Shown here: positions 37,182 to 50,429 of the stretch, in pieces
Numbering within the stretch: position 1 is the stretch's first letter
Layout: every line of letters begins with the position of its first letter
Source: Octopus vulgaris
Taxonomy: Eukaryota
Assembly (NCBI GenBank): GCA_951406725.2
Contig: OX597819.1
Coordinates: forward strand, 85,188,001-85,252,000
Reading direction: 5' to 3'
Length of the DNA stretch: 64,000 nt
The notes under the pieces: model-generated
The model's input: only the letters and a program-made list of their open reading frames with translations
Told to the model about the DNA's origin: nothing
Database searches by the model: none
Program-made: the position numbers and the translations under genes

Positions 37182-37430
37182 TCAAGCTTCCCATTTGGTA
37201 AAGATACATTAAGCATCCGATTTGATAAAACTGTATCAGTCATCCCATTTGACAAAACTATATTACGAGTAAAAAGAAGCCCAACCACTACGTTAAAAGC
37301 CATATCCACAAACATTGCTGACATCTCAAGCATTATTCCTAAACAATGTGTCTCGTTGGTAGTTGCCATTCCAACCCAAATACTGTTTCTCTTCTTCTAC
37401 GCGTATCTATGCGAAACTAAGAAAGCGTAA
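37182..37430 (+). CDS. Candidate terminal exon: S/T-rich stalk, transmembrane segment and short basic tail
   Basis: Acceptor cttatttctag ends at 37181. 82 open codons follow: SSFPFGKD...RVKRSPTTT...CVSLVVAIPTQILFLFFYAYLCETKKA, then TAA. It has no ATG, so the ORF track misses it. Confidence 0.4.
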   Translation, partial: SSFPFGKDTLSIRFDKTVSVIPFDKTILRVKRSPTTTLKAISTNIADISSIIPKQCVSLVVAIPTQILFLFFYAYLCETKKA

Positions 37431-37904
37431 AAATGCATAATACGCATGCTTGCATTTGACTGTATTTATCTCTAGTGCGAGGATAATACCCGAATTGAAA
37501 TACAGTCAGAATAATATGCTGCAAAAATATGCATAACTAATATACAAATCAAAAGTAGTGAAACGTTTCCAACAAAAAAACAGAAAATTGAAATGGGATT
37601 TCTTTAATGCAATCGACAATACAAAAATAACAGTTAGTTATTCAAACTAAATTAGATTTTGAATTTGAGATAATAAAGTAAGATCCTTGTAATAAGCAAA
37701 TATCTATTCAATAGATAGATTAATATGACGAAGTTCAAATTATTAATATGTGAATGCGTCTGCAAAGAGAAGTTATTGTTCTAAAATAACTTTAATTGTA
37801 TATATTTACATATTGTCAAATTACATTAAACTAACAAAGAATATTTTAGATTAAAATTAATTTCAGGACAATGCATAACATTAATACAATATATACATAC
37901 ATAT

Positions 37905-38040
<136 letters not shown>

Positions 38041-38250
38041 GTATATATGTATGTATGTATGTGTGTGTGTGTTATGAATTTATTATAATAAAACCATATA
38101 TATATCTATATATAAATATATATACACACACATACACAGACATACATAGACATATATATGCATATATTTAATGTTGCCGAACCAATACACAATGACGTCC
38201 ATAAGAGAAACTGTTATGGGATGAACATAGGGAATACTCTTTATATTTAG

Positions 38251-38595
38251 CGCATGTTATTTATCAGTACAAGGATTATATGTGGAACATTCCCATCAAA
38301 GTTTCCATTAAGGGAAAATTTCACATGTTTGATGTGGCTGTTTGGCATATGAAAGAAAGATTATGTAATCAGAGATATTAGCTTCCAATACAGAAGTGAA
38401 CATATCTTTGAAAACCTGTGAGGAAGAGACTATTTACAGACAACTGTTTCAAAACACCATGCTTCTCTTCCTAGTTTATAAATTTACATTGATACCTATA
38501 GATAAACTGATCAACAAGTGTATTTCCAATGTTTTTGCACTGATTTTGAATCTGTTTCATTTTTTTTCTTGAGAATTGTATTTTTCCAGATATGA
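38251..38595 (+). pseudogene. Candidate decayed Ig-like exon
   Basis: AG/GT-bounded 345 nt. The frame reads ENFTC..67 aa..C with SL*IYIDTYR*TDQQVYFQC and has five stops. Confidence 0.25.
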
Positions 38596-38679
38596 GTATG
38601 TGCTTTTGTTTCATTGCTCACTGTAGAATTTAAGATTCAACTTAAGTATCTTATATTTTCATATTTAAGTTTACTAATA

Positions 38680-39025
38680 GGCGCAGGCGTGGCTGTGTGG
38701 TCAAGAGGCTCGTTTTGGAACCACGTAATTTCAGGTTCAATGTCACTGCGCGTCACTTTGGGCAAGTGTCTTCTATTACATCCCCGCGCATACTAATACC
38801 TTTTGAGTAAATTTGATACACGGAAACTGAAGAAGCCATCGTATATATTCTTTTACATGTGTGTATATGCATGTCCTTCTGTCTACGCTTGTCCGCCCCA
38901 CCGCTTGACGACCGATACAATAACTACCGACTTTAAAAATAAGTAACAAAGTTAATTTGTTCCTAAAAATCCTTCAATGTGATGCTCCCACATGGCCACA
39001 GTCCAATGACGAGACAAATAAAGAT
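38680..39025 (+). mobile_element. Diverged CORE-type SINE
   Basis: ggcgcaggcgtggctgtgtgg head, tttgggcaagtgtcttcta core and catggccacagtccaatgac tail. Confidence 0.8.
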
Positions 39026-40005
39026 GATAAATACATAATTACATTGATTTGTCCTCCATATTGTTTTACTAACATATTATCCTTCAAGATTTTAATGCAT
39101 ACCAGCTATTAACATACAATGAGAATGCAAAAAAAAAAGACAAAAACATCCAGACCTTTTTGGCTAAGATTGTGGTAGCGTCACAACTAAATCCCAACAG
39201 CAAGAAATAAAAGATTTTAAAAACAGTGAAGCCAGAGGTGACTGAAGAGCAGATAACTACTCTTGCATCTCACTGCGAGCTGATTTCGATGTATTTACAC
39301 CATATATCTAAAGCGAAAAATTTTCGCCATGACAAAACAAGGCGAATGGTTTGTTTACAAGTCCGAATTTGCTTTTAGCATGTTCGAACTGGTATTGACA
39401 TTGCATTTTTACTTATCGCCGTTTAAGGCACTCATCCCATAATCTAATTACAATGAGCCGTCGATTTGCGCTACAAGCCGACGTATGTTAACTGGAAAAA
39501 CATAAGAGAGATTGTTTCTCTTATCAGCTCGCAGCGCCACCGTCCGGTTTCTGCTGGCATTTCACAGTCTGGATTGATGGCGCTGCGAGCTGATTTGGGT
39601 GTATTTACACCGTATGTCTACAGCGAGATTTTTTCCCCATGACAAAACACGGTGAATGTTTTTTTTTTACAAGACTGAACGTGTTTTTAGCATGTTGGAA
39701 CTGGTAATAACATTGCATAGAGAAGCTATACTTTGACTGTCAACGGGTCATAGGCGCTTCATGAGATTTTTCGTCAACACAGTTTCACTCATATAGCTTG
39801 GGCTGACTCTAGGCTATTGTAAAAGACTCTTGTTCAAGATGCTACGTATTTGGATCGAATCTCGAATCTTGTGATCACGAAGCGAATATCTACGAAAGGC
39901 AAAAGGAAAATGGGAATAGAAAAAAAACATGCCAACAGAAAAATATAGTAACGTTTAACAACAACAACATCAACAACAACAACAGCCACAACCATAAGCG
40001 CAGTA

Positions 40006-40045
<40 letters not shown>

Positions 40046-40171
40046 TAAATTAGAGACAAAACCACTATTAGGTAAATCATACAATGAAAAACTTAAGCCA
40101 ATACATAAGACCATTTAATTTATATTATTTAAATATATAACAAAATTATTAAAAAAATATATAATTAATAT

Positions 40172-40239
40172 ATCACTACGATCGTTTCATGGCTGTTAAT
40201 TTCTTTAAATTTTCAAGTCACAGTCATTCATCAGGTGGT
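40172..40239 (-). ncRNA. Type I hammerhead ribozyme with intact core
   Basis: Minus strand cac CTGATGA atgactgt...acagccat GAAAC GATC GTA gtg. Palindromic stem III ACGATCGT. Confidence 0.8.
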
Positions 40240-40329
40240 TTAAATATTTCTCTTGGCGAGGTTTAAACAATATATATATATATATATATAAATATATATA
40301 TATACAAAATACAAATATTTCGTGTGTAG

Positions 40330-40820
40330 TCAAACACAATCCTGAAAACCGCAACACCCTGTACTCAGCCAAATGATATCTCCCAATTCCACATCAGTCA
40401 CCAAATCTCCAGCGTATAATTAAAAAAGTAACCAGTTGTGGAGACACCCGTTGTGAGACATGCAGATTAATTGAAAAAAGGACAACCAAAAGGCTCAAGA
40501 ATGGGTAGGAATCAAAAGTGAATGCAAACATGAATTACAAACAAAAAACCTTAGCTACTGCATCAGAGGATCAGGATGCAATGAAAACTCCATTGGGGAG
40601 ACAGGAAGGATGCTGACCAGCCGTGTAAATGTGCATAAATAACAAATTAGGAATTCATCTCTTAGGAATGTCCCATGCAGAGAACATCTAGATATCTGTG
40701 CAAATGGAAAATTTACAATATTTCCACTTTACAAAATAAACAATGAAAATGTACAACTGCGAAAGGCAAAAGAAGAATACTTTATAAGAATTCTAAATCC
40801 GAAATTAAGCCGAAAATAGC
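40330..40820 (+). mobile_element. Penelope-like GIY-YIG fragment
   Basis: CGDTRCETC, YCIRGSGCNENSIGETGRMLTSRVNVHK, EHLDICANG and KEEYFIRILNPKL. Similar to 1764-2084. Confidence 0.8.
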
Positions 40821-41105
40821 CAACACACTATATAATAAACAATTGTAAATGAATATTTATGACTAAAACCAAAAGTTCAAAAATAAACCGGAAATCATAC
40901 AACGGCTACCACAAAAATTAACTACTTCCTCTTTAAGAATACTTGTGTTTGGAAAGGCTTAACGAAAGCGCTCACACACCAGAAGAAAAAAAAAACTTAT
41001 TTCCCCTAAAGGTTAGTAACATCCCAATAAAAGATTTCCAAACATCTTTAAAACAATAATAAATATTAGAGCAAGTTATAAACAGTAGCTGCAACACATC
41101 GTGAC

Positions 41106-41284
41106 GTATATTTGCCATTTAAATATGGCTAACCCCTAAGGGTGGATGCTACTGTAGTTTGTAGCCCCAGGAGGTCACACTTGGCTGTGTGTCTAAAGCC
41201 AGCTGGAGGAGGTGTCCTCCTGGGGCTACAAACTACAGTAGCACCCACCCTTAAGGGTTAGCCATGTTTAAATGGCAAATATAC
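41106..41284. repeat. About 69-bp inverted repeat downstream of the PLE fragment
   Basis: 41106-41174 pairs with 41216-41284 with few mismatches. Confidence 0.85.
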
Positions 41285-42096
41285 ATTTAAAACAATAATT
41301 TTTTTAAAATCTCCTTTTCACTTCAGGAAGACAAAACTGATAGTTTGATAACCCGCTAAAATAAACATTAAAAATCGAAAGGAGAAAATAAACAGCTTTG
41401 CAAGTTTAACTCAGTGTTTACTGAACAAGAAAGGTGCGAAATTTATGAAGTGATTTGTTAGAATATATACGTCTGTAAGGAGACATAAACAAGAATAGAA
41501 AAAAATCTACTATACTAAAAGAAGAGGTGTTCTATAAAGAAAACATAAGATTGCTATATAATCCAACTTGATTGTGAAACGACATTAAACATCGTAGGAA
41601 CGCTAGTAGTCATATTCACTTCGTGAGTTTACATGCGTGAGGATGAATTATGATGTCGCTGTCGGTGATAGATGCAGTAAGAGCTGGCAACGGCGGTGTC
41701 GGCGGTGATGAATTTCATTGTGTCGTAACGCGGAGAAAGTGAGCTATGGCTTCCATGTGGCATAAACAAGCTAGACTGCTTAAGCGGAAAAAACTGATCT
41801 ATTTAAGGAAATTACTGGGCTCCACAGAGACGTGATCCATCTGAGCAAATCTGATTGGTTGACTGGGCAATTTGGCATAATTGTTTAGGGGACAAATTGC
41901 ATTCGGTACAATTTGTTTATTTTAGTAGTTTTGACTGCAAAAGTCCCTCCTAGCGTGCGGTACCTATGAATAATAGTACCCTCTATATAATATAAATAAG
42001 TATTTTCAAAGTTGAAAAAATTTACAGATTTTTTCTCTTACGAGTTTTTTCACGCTAACTACTGATAATTTCTGATAAAGATTTTATCCTTATTTT

Positions 42097-42196
<100 letters not shown>

Positions 42197-43428
42197 TTAT
42201 AGGAGTGAATTAATATATATTTTTATACATAATTAGGATAAAATCATTATCTCTCTCTCTCTCTGTCTATCTATCTCTCTCTATATATATGTAAATGATA
42301 TAAAGCTATATAAATAAATTATGTACACAAGATAGGCGCCAGTATAGCATGTGAAAGGAGGAACATCTAGAAAATACTAGACAAGGATGTCAAGAACACA
42401 GATTTTCTTTCATCGAAACGAGAAATGGAGACAGCTCTGCAAGATATTTGAAGTGAAATATCCTTTACTAGGGAAAGGGCAGGTATATTTTAAAGCAAGT
42501 CCAAATAGTCCGTGATACACTTGTCCATAGGATGGTCCTGTAATTTTGGGTAACAGGAACATATGAGTCACTGCTAAGGACATCGATGATGATAGCAACC
42601 CCTATCTATTGGTTAACCTACGTTGCACAGTATGCATATGTGGTCATTGCCTTTGTAACATTTTACAGCAATAGGTAGTCGGATAAGATCACTAATGATC
42701 TGTCCTCAAGAATCCAACAAGATAATATCAGAACATGGACATGTTGAGGGCGTTCAGAAGGATCCAAGTTAGTTGATCCAGCTGCAACGCAAGTGGAACA
42801 AAAACAATTTAAGAACTTTGTGCACAGAAAGCCGCTGAAAATAAAATCAACAAGCGCAAATCTAACTGGTTGTCAAACCTAAGGCGATATGAAGCGCATT
42901 TCGTTAGTTTGCAAATAAAATTACCCCATCTTCACCGTGTGGAACGCTCACTCAATGAAATTCATCTATCCCTCTCAACTACAATCGTCAAAAACAAGGG
43001 GAGTTAATTACAACAGCAGTCACTAGTAGCGACCAAGAATTACCTCATAAGATTACCACCCATCCTCTAATGAGGATGAGGACTAGACGGAGACCGATGG
43101 GGATAGTACTACCTAAAACAAAAAGCGTGAACAGACATAACGGAAAAATCGACATAAGCTATAGAAATGCGAGGTGGATTACATTGTCTGTGGAAAGGAT
43201 GCAGTCTCCGCCGAGGAAGAACTCATAAAAGAAATGAAATTCAGCTTTTCGCAAGAAAAACAAAACTGCAACGACTCACCTAACTATTGAAGCTCTTCGC
43301 TTTTATAACTGCACAGTTGAACAAATGTAATGTTTTGCATTCATGGATGTTCTCTTCTACTTCCAATTATTCTAAGAAAGATGCAAAGCTCCAACGTTGG
43401 GATGTAGATAAGAAAAAAAAAAACAACC

Positions 43429-43715
43429 TTACATTTTAAGCTTCAAAAAAGTCTTGCATATTTTTACTCTTCCCCATACAGGTTGTATTTGTAATGTGCG
43501 AATTGAATGATTTCTTTTCCTGAAAACCCTAGCTTTTCCAGATATGTCGCTTAAGCATTTACTCACAGAACGAAGTGCACCAATCATTATTGGTATAAAT
43601 TTGAATTTATAATCTGGATATAGAAGATGAAGGTTTCGAAGCCGTTGCCCATAGCTATCCTTTTTGTCTTTGGTTCTCAGAGACATCTACATCAGCATGA
43701 CCGCTGATATCTATG
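43429..43715 (-). mobile_element. RLE-type non-LTR retrotransposon 3' fragment
   Basis: VIDIS...K.DSY..L..LYPDYKFKFIPIMIGAL resembles a restriction-like endonuclease C-terminus. Confidence 0.6.
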
Positions 43716-43719
43716 ACGG

Positions 43720-43795
43720 CATGTATGTATGTATGTATGTATGTATGTATGTATGTATGTATGTATGTATGTATGTATGTATGTATGTATGTATG

Positions 43796-43826
<31 letters not shown>

Positions 43827-44067
43827 GTATGTATGTTGTATGTATGTATGTACGTATGTATGTATGTATGTATGTATGTATGTATGTATGTATGTACGCA
43901 TGTATGAATGCATATATTTATGTACATATGCATGTATGTATGTATGTACGTACGTATCTACATATGTATATATGTATATATATCTATGTATGCATGCTTG
44001 TATGTATGCATGTATTTGTATGTATTGTATGTATTGTAGCTATGTATGTACATATGTATCTACGTAA

Positions 44068-44112
<45 letters not shown>

Positions 44113-44160
44113 CATATGCATGTACATATGTATACATATATGTATTATGTATGTATGCAG
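43720..44160. repeat. (TATG)n and degenerate TA/TG microsatellite
   Basis: Direct read. Confidence 0.95.
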
Positions 44161-44676
44161 GTATGCGCGTGTGCATGTACATCGTGTGTTATGTTAAATA
44201 CCTGCGTTTAACGTTACATGGTCAGAGTTAAAACGGAGACTTACGAAGATTGTGGCCGAACAATGTAAATTTCTCTGTCGTTCTGAGAGATGGCTAAGCG
44301 TATACTATCACCTGTCAAAGTGAACCTTTAAGCTTATCTTCTTTTAATCTCGGGTCAATTCCGATCGGGTACCAGCCCTGAACACTCTGCTGTTTTTATT
44401 CTCAGCTCTACAGATCAATATATCTACCTTTTTTTTTTTGTTAAAGGTAGTACGACGTTGATTTGGGGAAAATTTGCTCGCCGACCACTTAGAATGTTTT
44501 CAAAAGAATTATTTCTAAGGATATCATATAATTTCTTACTAGAACTATCCAGATAAGTATCGAGAAAATGACGTTAAAGAAGAAACACGGTACTGTACAG
44601 CAACAGTTACACAACTGTACACGTTCACTCTATCACTTATACCTGCAAAGACTATTCTTTCATTCTTCCTTCCTCC

Positions 44677-44707
<31 letters not shown>

Positions 44708-45729
44708 TGCATAAATGCATGCATACGGACACATCATCTTGCATGCTGAACACAGTAACAAAGGGGGATTCTTTACACGGTCATTTAACATGCTTGAAGT
44801 TGCAATGAATATCTTTCAAAATCCTCATACCCTATCATGTAAAAAGAATGAGGACACACTATATAATGTAGTTCCAGTACTATGCTTGTAAATAGGGATA
44901 GGATGATAACCACTAGAGTATCTCTAATTATATGTTTCGTCAATCATGGCTGACTTGGGCCAAACAATAACAACAATAACACAGCAACAAAATCTAAAAG
45001 ATTCGAGCGTTGCACATTATCATAACAGTAGAGCTGAAGTATCTTCACATTTTCATAGTTACATTAAGTAAAAAATAGCTTATTGATGATGGATAAACTT
45101 GATATAGGAACAGTTTTATATGGCTTTACTTGATTAACTAAAACCTTCGATAACAGTGAATCACAGATATCTTTGAAAACATTTCTACATCTCAGCTGCA
45201 CTGACGAATTTGTTGAATGCACTTCTATTTGATATGATATCAACAAAAGGGTCATATTAACCTATGGCTCAAGCACTGAACATTTTAAAGCAAAGTATAA
45301 GAAATAAATAATACTGTATTTATTGTTCCACTCTTGCAATATGTTCTCCTATCGGTAAACTCTTAAAAGATAAATAATTAGATATCGTAGGAGGAAGGTA
45401 TCTTGTATTGGACAAGTTGGAAAGAAACTTAATATAAACCAGTTGAATGCACTTTAGGTTCAGTTGGGGAAAAATATTAATCTGATGTGAGCAGTTTTGT
45501 CAGTGTAAACTCTAAGGCAGTTCAACCAAATATCTTTGATTTCTTTGATTTCTTAAGTTTCTTGTTTTCTTTTTTTGGTTGGTGGATCTGTAACTAATGC
45601 CAACTAAAATGAAGATACTTATACAATTATCGATTGCAATCTATGTACAGGTTCCGATAATTTATGTACAACAATACCATGAAGAATGCCTACTTACATT
45701 CTATCAATATCGAATATCTGTTACATTTT

Positions 45730-46395
45730 ATGTTTTACTTGCTTCAGTCACTGGACAGCGGCCTTGCTGGGAGACTGCCTTGAAAGGTTCCGTCGAACAA
45801 ATCGGCCCCAGAACTTATTTTTTCAAAGTCTGGTACTTATTCTATCGAATACTTTTTGCCGAACCGCTACCTTACAAGGACAAATCAATACTGGCTGTCA
45901 AGCGATAGTGGGGGACAAACACAAACATAGGTATATACATATATGCATGCACACACACGCACACACACACACACGCATGCACGTATATACGACGGAATTC
46001 TTTCAAGGCGGCGAGCTGGCAGAAACGTTAGCACGCCGGGCGAAATGCGTAGCCGTATTTCGTCTACCGTTACGTTCTGTGTTCAAATTCCGCCGAGGTC
46101 GACTTTGCCTTTCATCCTTTCGGGGTTGATAAATTAAGTACCAGTTACGCACTGGGGTTGATGTAATCGACTAAATCCGTTTGTCTGTCCTTGTTTGTCC
46201 TCTCTGTGTAGCCCCTTCTGGGTAGTAAAGAAATAGGTATTCTTTCAGTTTCCGTTTACCAAATCCACTCACAAAGCTTTGGTCATCCTAGGGTTATAGT
46301 TGAAGACACTTGCCCAGGGTAAAACACAATGAGGCTGTGTCTGGAACCATATGGTTGAGAAGCTAGCTTCTTATCACACAGCCACGCTTGCGCCC
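45730..46395 (-). mobile_element. CORE-type SINE interrupted by a nested SINE
   Basis: Tail at 45733-45770 and head at 46240-46395. The insert sits in the opposite orientation. Confidence 0.8.
46008..46237 (+). mobile_element. Full-length Nin/Deu-domain-like tRNA SINE
   Basis: ggcggcgagctggcagaaacgttagc head, gttcaaattcc B box and gtcgactttgcctttcatcctttcgggg..gataaattaagtaccag domain. Confidence 0.8.
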
Positions 46396-46938
46396 GTAGC
46401 ATAAATTGATTAGAAAAATTCAGAAGTGAGTGCCGTAAACACGCAAGCTTTGGGGAAAAATTGCCTAAAATCTTTAATTATTTTGTCTCAACCACTACAA
46501 AGCTCGTAGCATAAAGTTAGCGGTTATTCCGACACTCCTATATAATTAAGAAATATGAATTGATAATTTAAATGTTATGAATAGTTGCCTGGAATACTTT
46601 AAAAAGATCTTAAATATTATCCGGTAAAATGTTTTAGAATTCAATAATAGGAAATTTTGATAAAAATTGAAGCATCAATTATCAAACACCAACTGTGATA
46701 GGTGTGTCATATGATATTTTCTTTATTAATAATTTCATTTTATAACGATAGGCAATATTAGATTTGCCTAAAGTCGTATGGCAATCGTTAAAGAACTAAT
46801 TGGACACTAAATAACAATGGATCTCTTACCAATTCATAGCGTGCAAAGAAACGTCATTTATATCTTATTCCAACAGACATTCCACGACGATGGTTACATG
46901 GTTCGGATTCTGTCTCAAATGGGTGATTATAATATCAT

Positions 46939-47016
<78 letters not shown>

Positions 47017-47182
47017 TGTATGTATGTATGTATGTATGTATATGTGTATATAATTTAGAGAAAACCTCTATTAAATAATTCAATAAAGTAAGATGTTATT
47101 CACACCATATAGAAAACATATACTATAAAAAACCTTATTTTAAAAGTCAATAAAGTACAATAAATAGTAAATAGTAGTAAAA

Positions 47183-47302
47183 AGACTATGCACGTTTCAT
47201 GGCTATATTTTCAAATATATAATAATAATAAAATCAATTCGATTTAAAATTAAATCGAATTAAAATTAACTCTATTTAAAAATATAGTCACTCATCAGGT
47301 CT
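47183..47302 (-). ncRNA. Type I hammerhead with long stem II
   Basis: Minus strand agac CTGATGA gtgactatatttt...aaaatatagccat GAAAC gtgc ATA gtct. Resembles the 40172 motif. Confidence 0.7.
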
Positions 47303-48308
47303 AAGATAATAAATAATAAAAATAATAATAGAATAAATGTACTTATCTTAACTTATACTAATTATCAAATAAATATATTAAAAAATACCTGTATTAACTA
47401 TAAATAATCGAAAAGCATTTAACAATATTTCTTAAAATAAAAATATAACTTATCTTGTCGAAGGATTTTCGTTATGTATGAAATAGCCTCGAGTAGAGTA
47501 GAAAGAATGAAACAAAGAAAGGATGGAACAAACCACTGAATACAGCTGCACTATATGGAAAACCTGTGCTGCAACTACTGATGACACCAATCGTCGAAGA
47601 ATATAAGGCAAAAAAGGCGAGGACAGTAATGATGCTAAGGTATTCGAAAGATTAGTACAACCGAGAAAACTCCCCAAAGGTACGAACAGGGAGGAAATGG
47701 AAAGCGGAAAAGCAGTAACCAGCACGTTTGGAAAGCTAAGGCATGACGATATAGTCGGAGTGACGAAAGAAGCAAGAGCGGGTCTCAGGTTGCAAAACTT
47801 CAAACCATTTTAGTATGAGCAGTGTAAAAGAGATGAACGACGCAGTGGTACACGAAGTGAGAAAGGAGGAAATAGAAAGACGAAATGTGCATTTGGTGCA
47901 ATGTAGTCAGCAGGGAACATGTGGTCTGTCGCAGAATCTCGAGGAAGGAACTTTGAGCTTGGGAACAAGCAAGAACTCCCCCCACTGAAAAAGTTTACCT
48001 TTGACATTTTGCCTTACAAATTTTTAATTTTTATTCTTATAATTTTATATTTTCTTCTCATTAGTATATATTTTTCCGCATTCGTATATATTTTCTCATT
48101 CGTATATATTTTTCATTTATATGTATATGTTTGGCGTAATTCACATTTAATTCTTAATATATTATAGCTTAAACTGCAGGGTTCAATGAATTTATTTACA
48201 CATCTATATATTTTCACATACTAAGAATTTATTTATACATCTGTATAGTTTGATATAACTTTAAGTTGGAATATATAAGGATAGATAAAATTATAAACGG
48301 GGGATAGG

Positions 48309-48405
48309 TGGACCTGAAGATTGGGGTTGTATATAAGTGGATGATCTGTAAGAGACTGTGTGTCTCAAGAACATAGTATACAATCTCATGAAATACGTAT
48401 AATCG
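48309..48405 (+). ncRNA. Type I hammerhead motif
   Basis: gac CTGAAGA ttggggttgtata...tatacaatctcat GAA ATACGTAT A atc. Palindromic stem III, weak stem I. Confidence 0.6.
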
Positions 48406-48524
48406 ATAACTTTGAACATGAATAGTAAGTATTAAATATATTATTCTATGACATGGTCGAATTTATATTCTGATTTGATGAATTTATGGGGATTTCTGTC
48501 TCTAATGATACTTTGATATATACA

Positions 48525-48576
<52 letters not shown>

Positions 48577-48658
48577 CATGAGATCGCCATGTTGATTCGC
48601 TAACCTCTGCACGCATTTTTTTCTCTCCTTGTTTCTTTATGTGTTTCTTTTCTGTGTA

Positions 48659-48695
48659 TCTTTCTGTTGAAGAGCGTAGGCTCGAAACGTAAAAG
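48659..48695 (+). ncRNA. Minimal hammerhead-like motif with CUGUNGA core
   Basis: tcttt CTGTTGA a gagc-gtag-gctc GAAAC GT A aaaga. Confidence 0.6.
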
Positions 48696-48792
48696 ACTTG
48701 TTTTATTTATATTCCTGAGCGCCATACTAATACAATTGTTTGCTTGTATTCCACCTGCCTTCGTCTTTTGTTTATTTTCATAAAGCTTCCCG

Positions 48793-48832
<40 letters not shown>

Positions 48833-48865
48833 GTGTGTGTGTGTGTGTGTGTGTATGTGTGTGTG

Positions 48866-49073
48866 TTTGTGTTTGTCCCCCTAGCATTTCTTGACAATCG
48901 ATGCTGGTGTGTTTACGTCCCCGTCACTTAGCGGTTCGGCAAAAGAGACCGATAGAATAAGTACTGGGCTTACAAAGAATAAGTCCCGGGGTCGATTTGC
49001 TCGACAAAAGGCGGTGCTCCAGCATGGCCGCAGTCAAATGACTGAAACAAGTAAAAGAGTAAAAGAGTAAAAG
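48866..49073 (+). mobile_element. CORE-type SINE, 3' half
   Basis: Well-conserved body and tail ggcggtgctccagcatggccgcagtcaaatgactgaaacaagtaaaaga. Confidence 0.85.
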
Positions 49074-49208
49074 AATATAAGTAGATGTAACTCATAGATA
49101 TAACATACATAGATGTAACTTATAATTGGGCGCGCGCGCGTTTGTGTATGTGTGGTATTACCGGTTATCTAATTTTGGCATTCATGAATGAGGAAATTTG
49201 ATAAAAAT

Positions 49209-49297
<89 letters not shown>

Positions 49298-49654
49298 GGT
49301 TTAAAAGCCCTTACCGTTTGTTTTTACTGTTTTGTTCTTACTGCCCTGTTTTTGTTACCGCTTTAACCCATCGGAAATCGCCAAATTTATTTGATTTGCT
49401 TTGCGGGAACAACTGCAATAACGAAGACGCGTCTTGTACCAAGCGTTCGAAACGCGGAGTAGATAAAACAGGGGACAACTGATGAAGGGATCGTTCTTTA
49501 TGTTACCTGTCTCATTTATGTTACCTGTCTCGTTCCTTTCGTTGTTCGAAAAAGTTCGTTTTCCATGTTTTTGTTTTTCCTGTTCTCATTTTTCATGTTC
49601 ACGTTTTCTTGACGTCCTGTACACATATATACATGTTATTATACATATATATGT

Positions 49655-49719
<65 letters not shown>

Positions 49720-50429
49720 CATATGCATATATATATATTACTTATATTATTATATGATCGAACGCCACACATCTATTTCCAAGTAAGTTTTATCTCTCTA
49801 TATATACATCTATCTATCTATATCTGTCTCCCTGTCTGAATATCTGTCTTTCTGAATGTATGTGTATAAGTTTATAAATATTGTGCATGTATGTCTGCGA
49901 GAATATAATCTGAAAACAAAAAAGTTTCTGAAACTAAAAAAATCGATATACAACAGTTTTTAGCAAACTTTTCACAGCATTCTGTCTAATGCTGCTGACC
50001 TAAATTTATTTAAAAAAATGTAATCTGCGATGCTATCTAGATCTGAAATAATTCACTAGGATTCACGTCGCGATTAATTTTTAGATATCGATTCACAAAC
50101 CAAAAGTTACCTTCAAGTAGAATTAAGGAAAAGAAAATCATATAAAATGAGTCCTAGGTTTTCAAATAACGAATCATTCACAATAATGAATAACCCTTGT
50201 AGAACCACATTGACTTAATTGCATGGATCGCTACAAATGCTATTGATAGGATAATGTCCCAAGAGTCCTCCAATCCATCAACTTGTCAACATACGGATCT
50301 CAGCGGGAAGCCGCATTTAATGGAAAATGCTTTAAGCACTTTAATTAACATTACATGAATTGAGTGACCCTGCAAGAAATCAGAACCTTGGCCAAAAGAA
50401 AAACCTCGATAAGACCAGAATCTCCAACG

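Noticed and set aside
42600-43320. GC-richer non-repetitive block
   Set aside because: Probably a decayed retroelement, but I found no recognisable motif in the frames I read.
45060-45350. Apparent exon after tttcatag
   Set aside because: The frame has LTKTFD..ISLKTFLHL, better explained as a very old LINE RT remnant (DLxKAFD). Too decayed to annotate.
47450-48000. Purine-rich block with CIWC..H..C
   Set aside because: Possibly a gag/ORF1 relic, but the spacing is non-canonical and the frames are broken.
49400-49550. CTGATGA and GAAAC boxes suggesting another hammerhead
   Set aside because: I could not build consistent stems I-III in any permutation.
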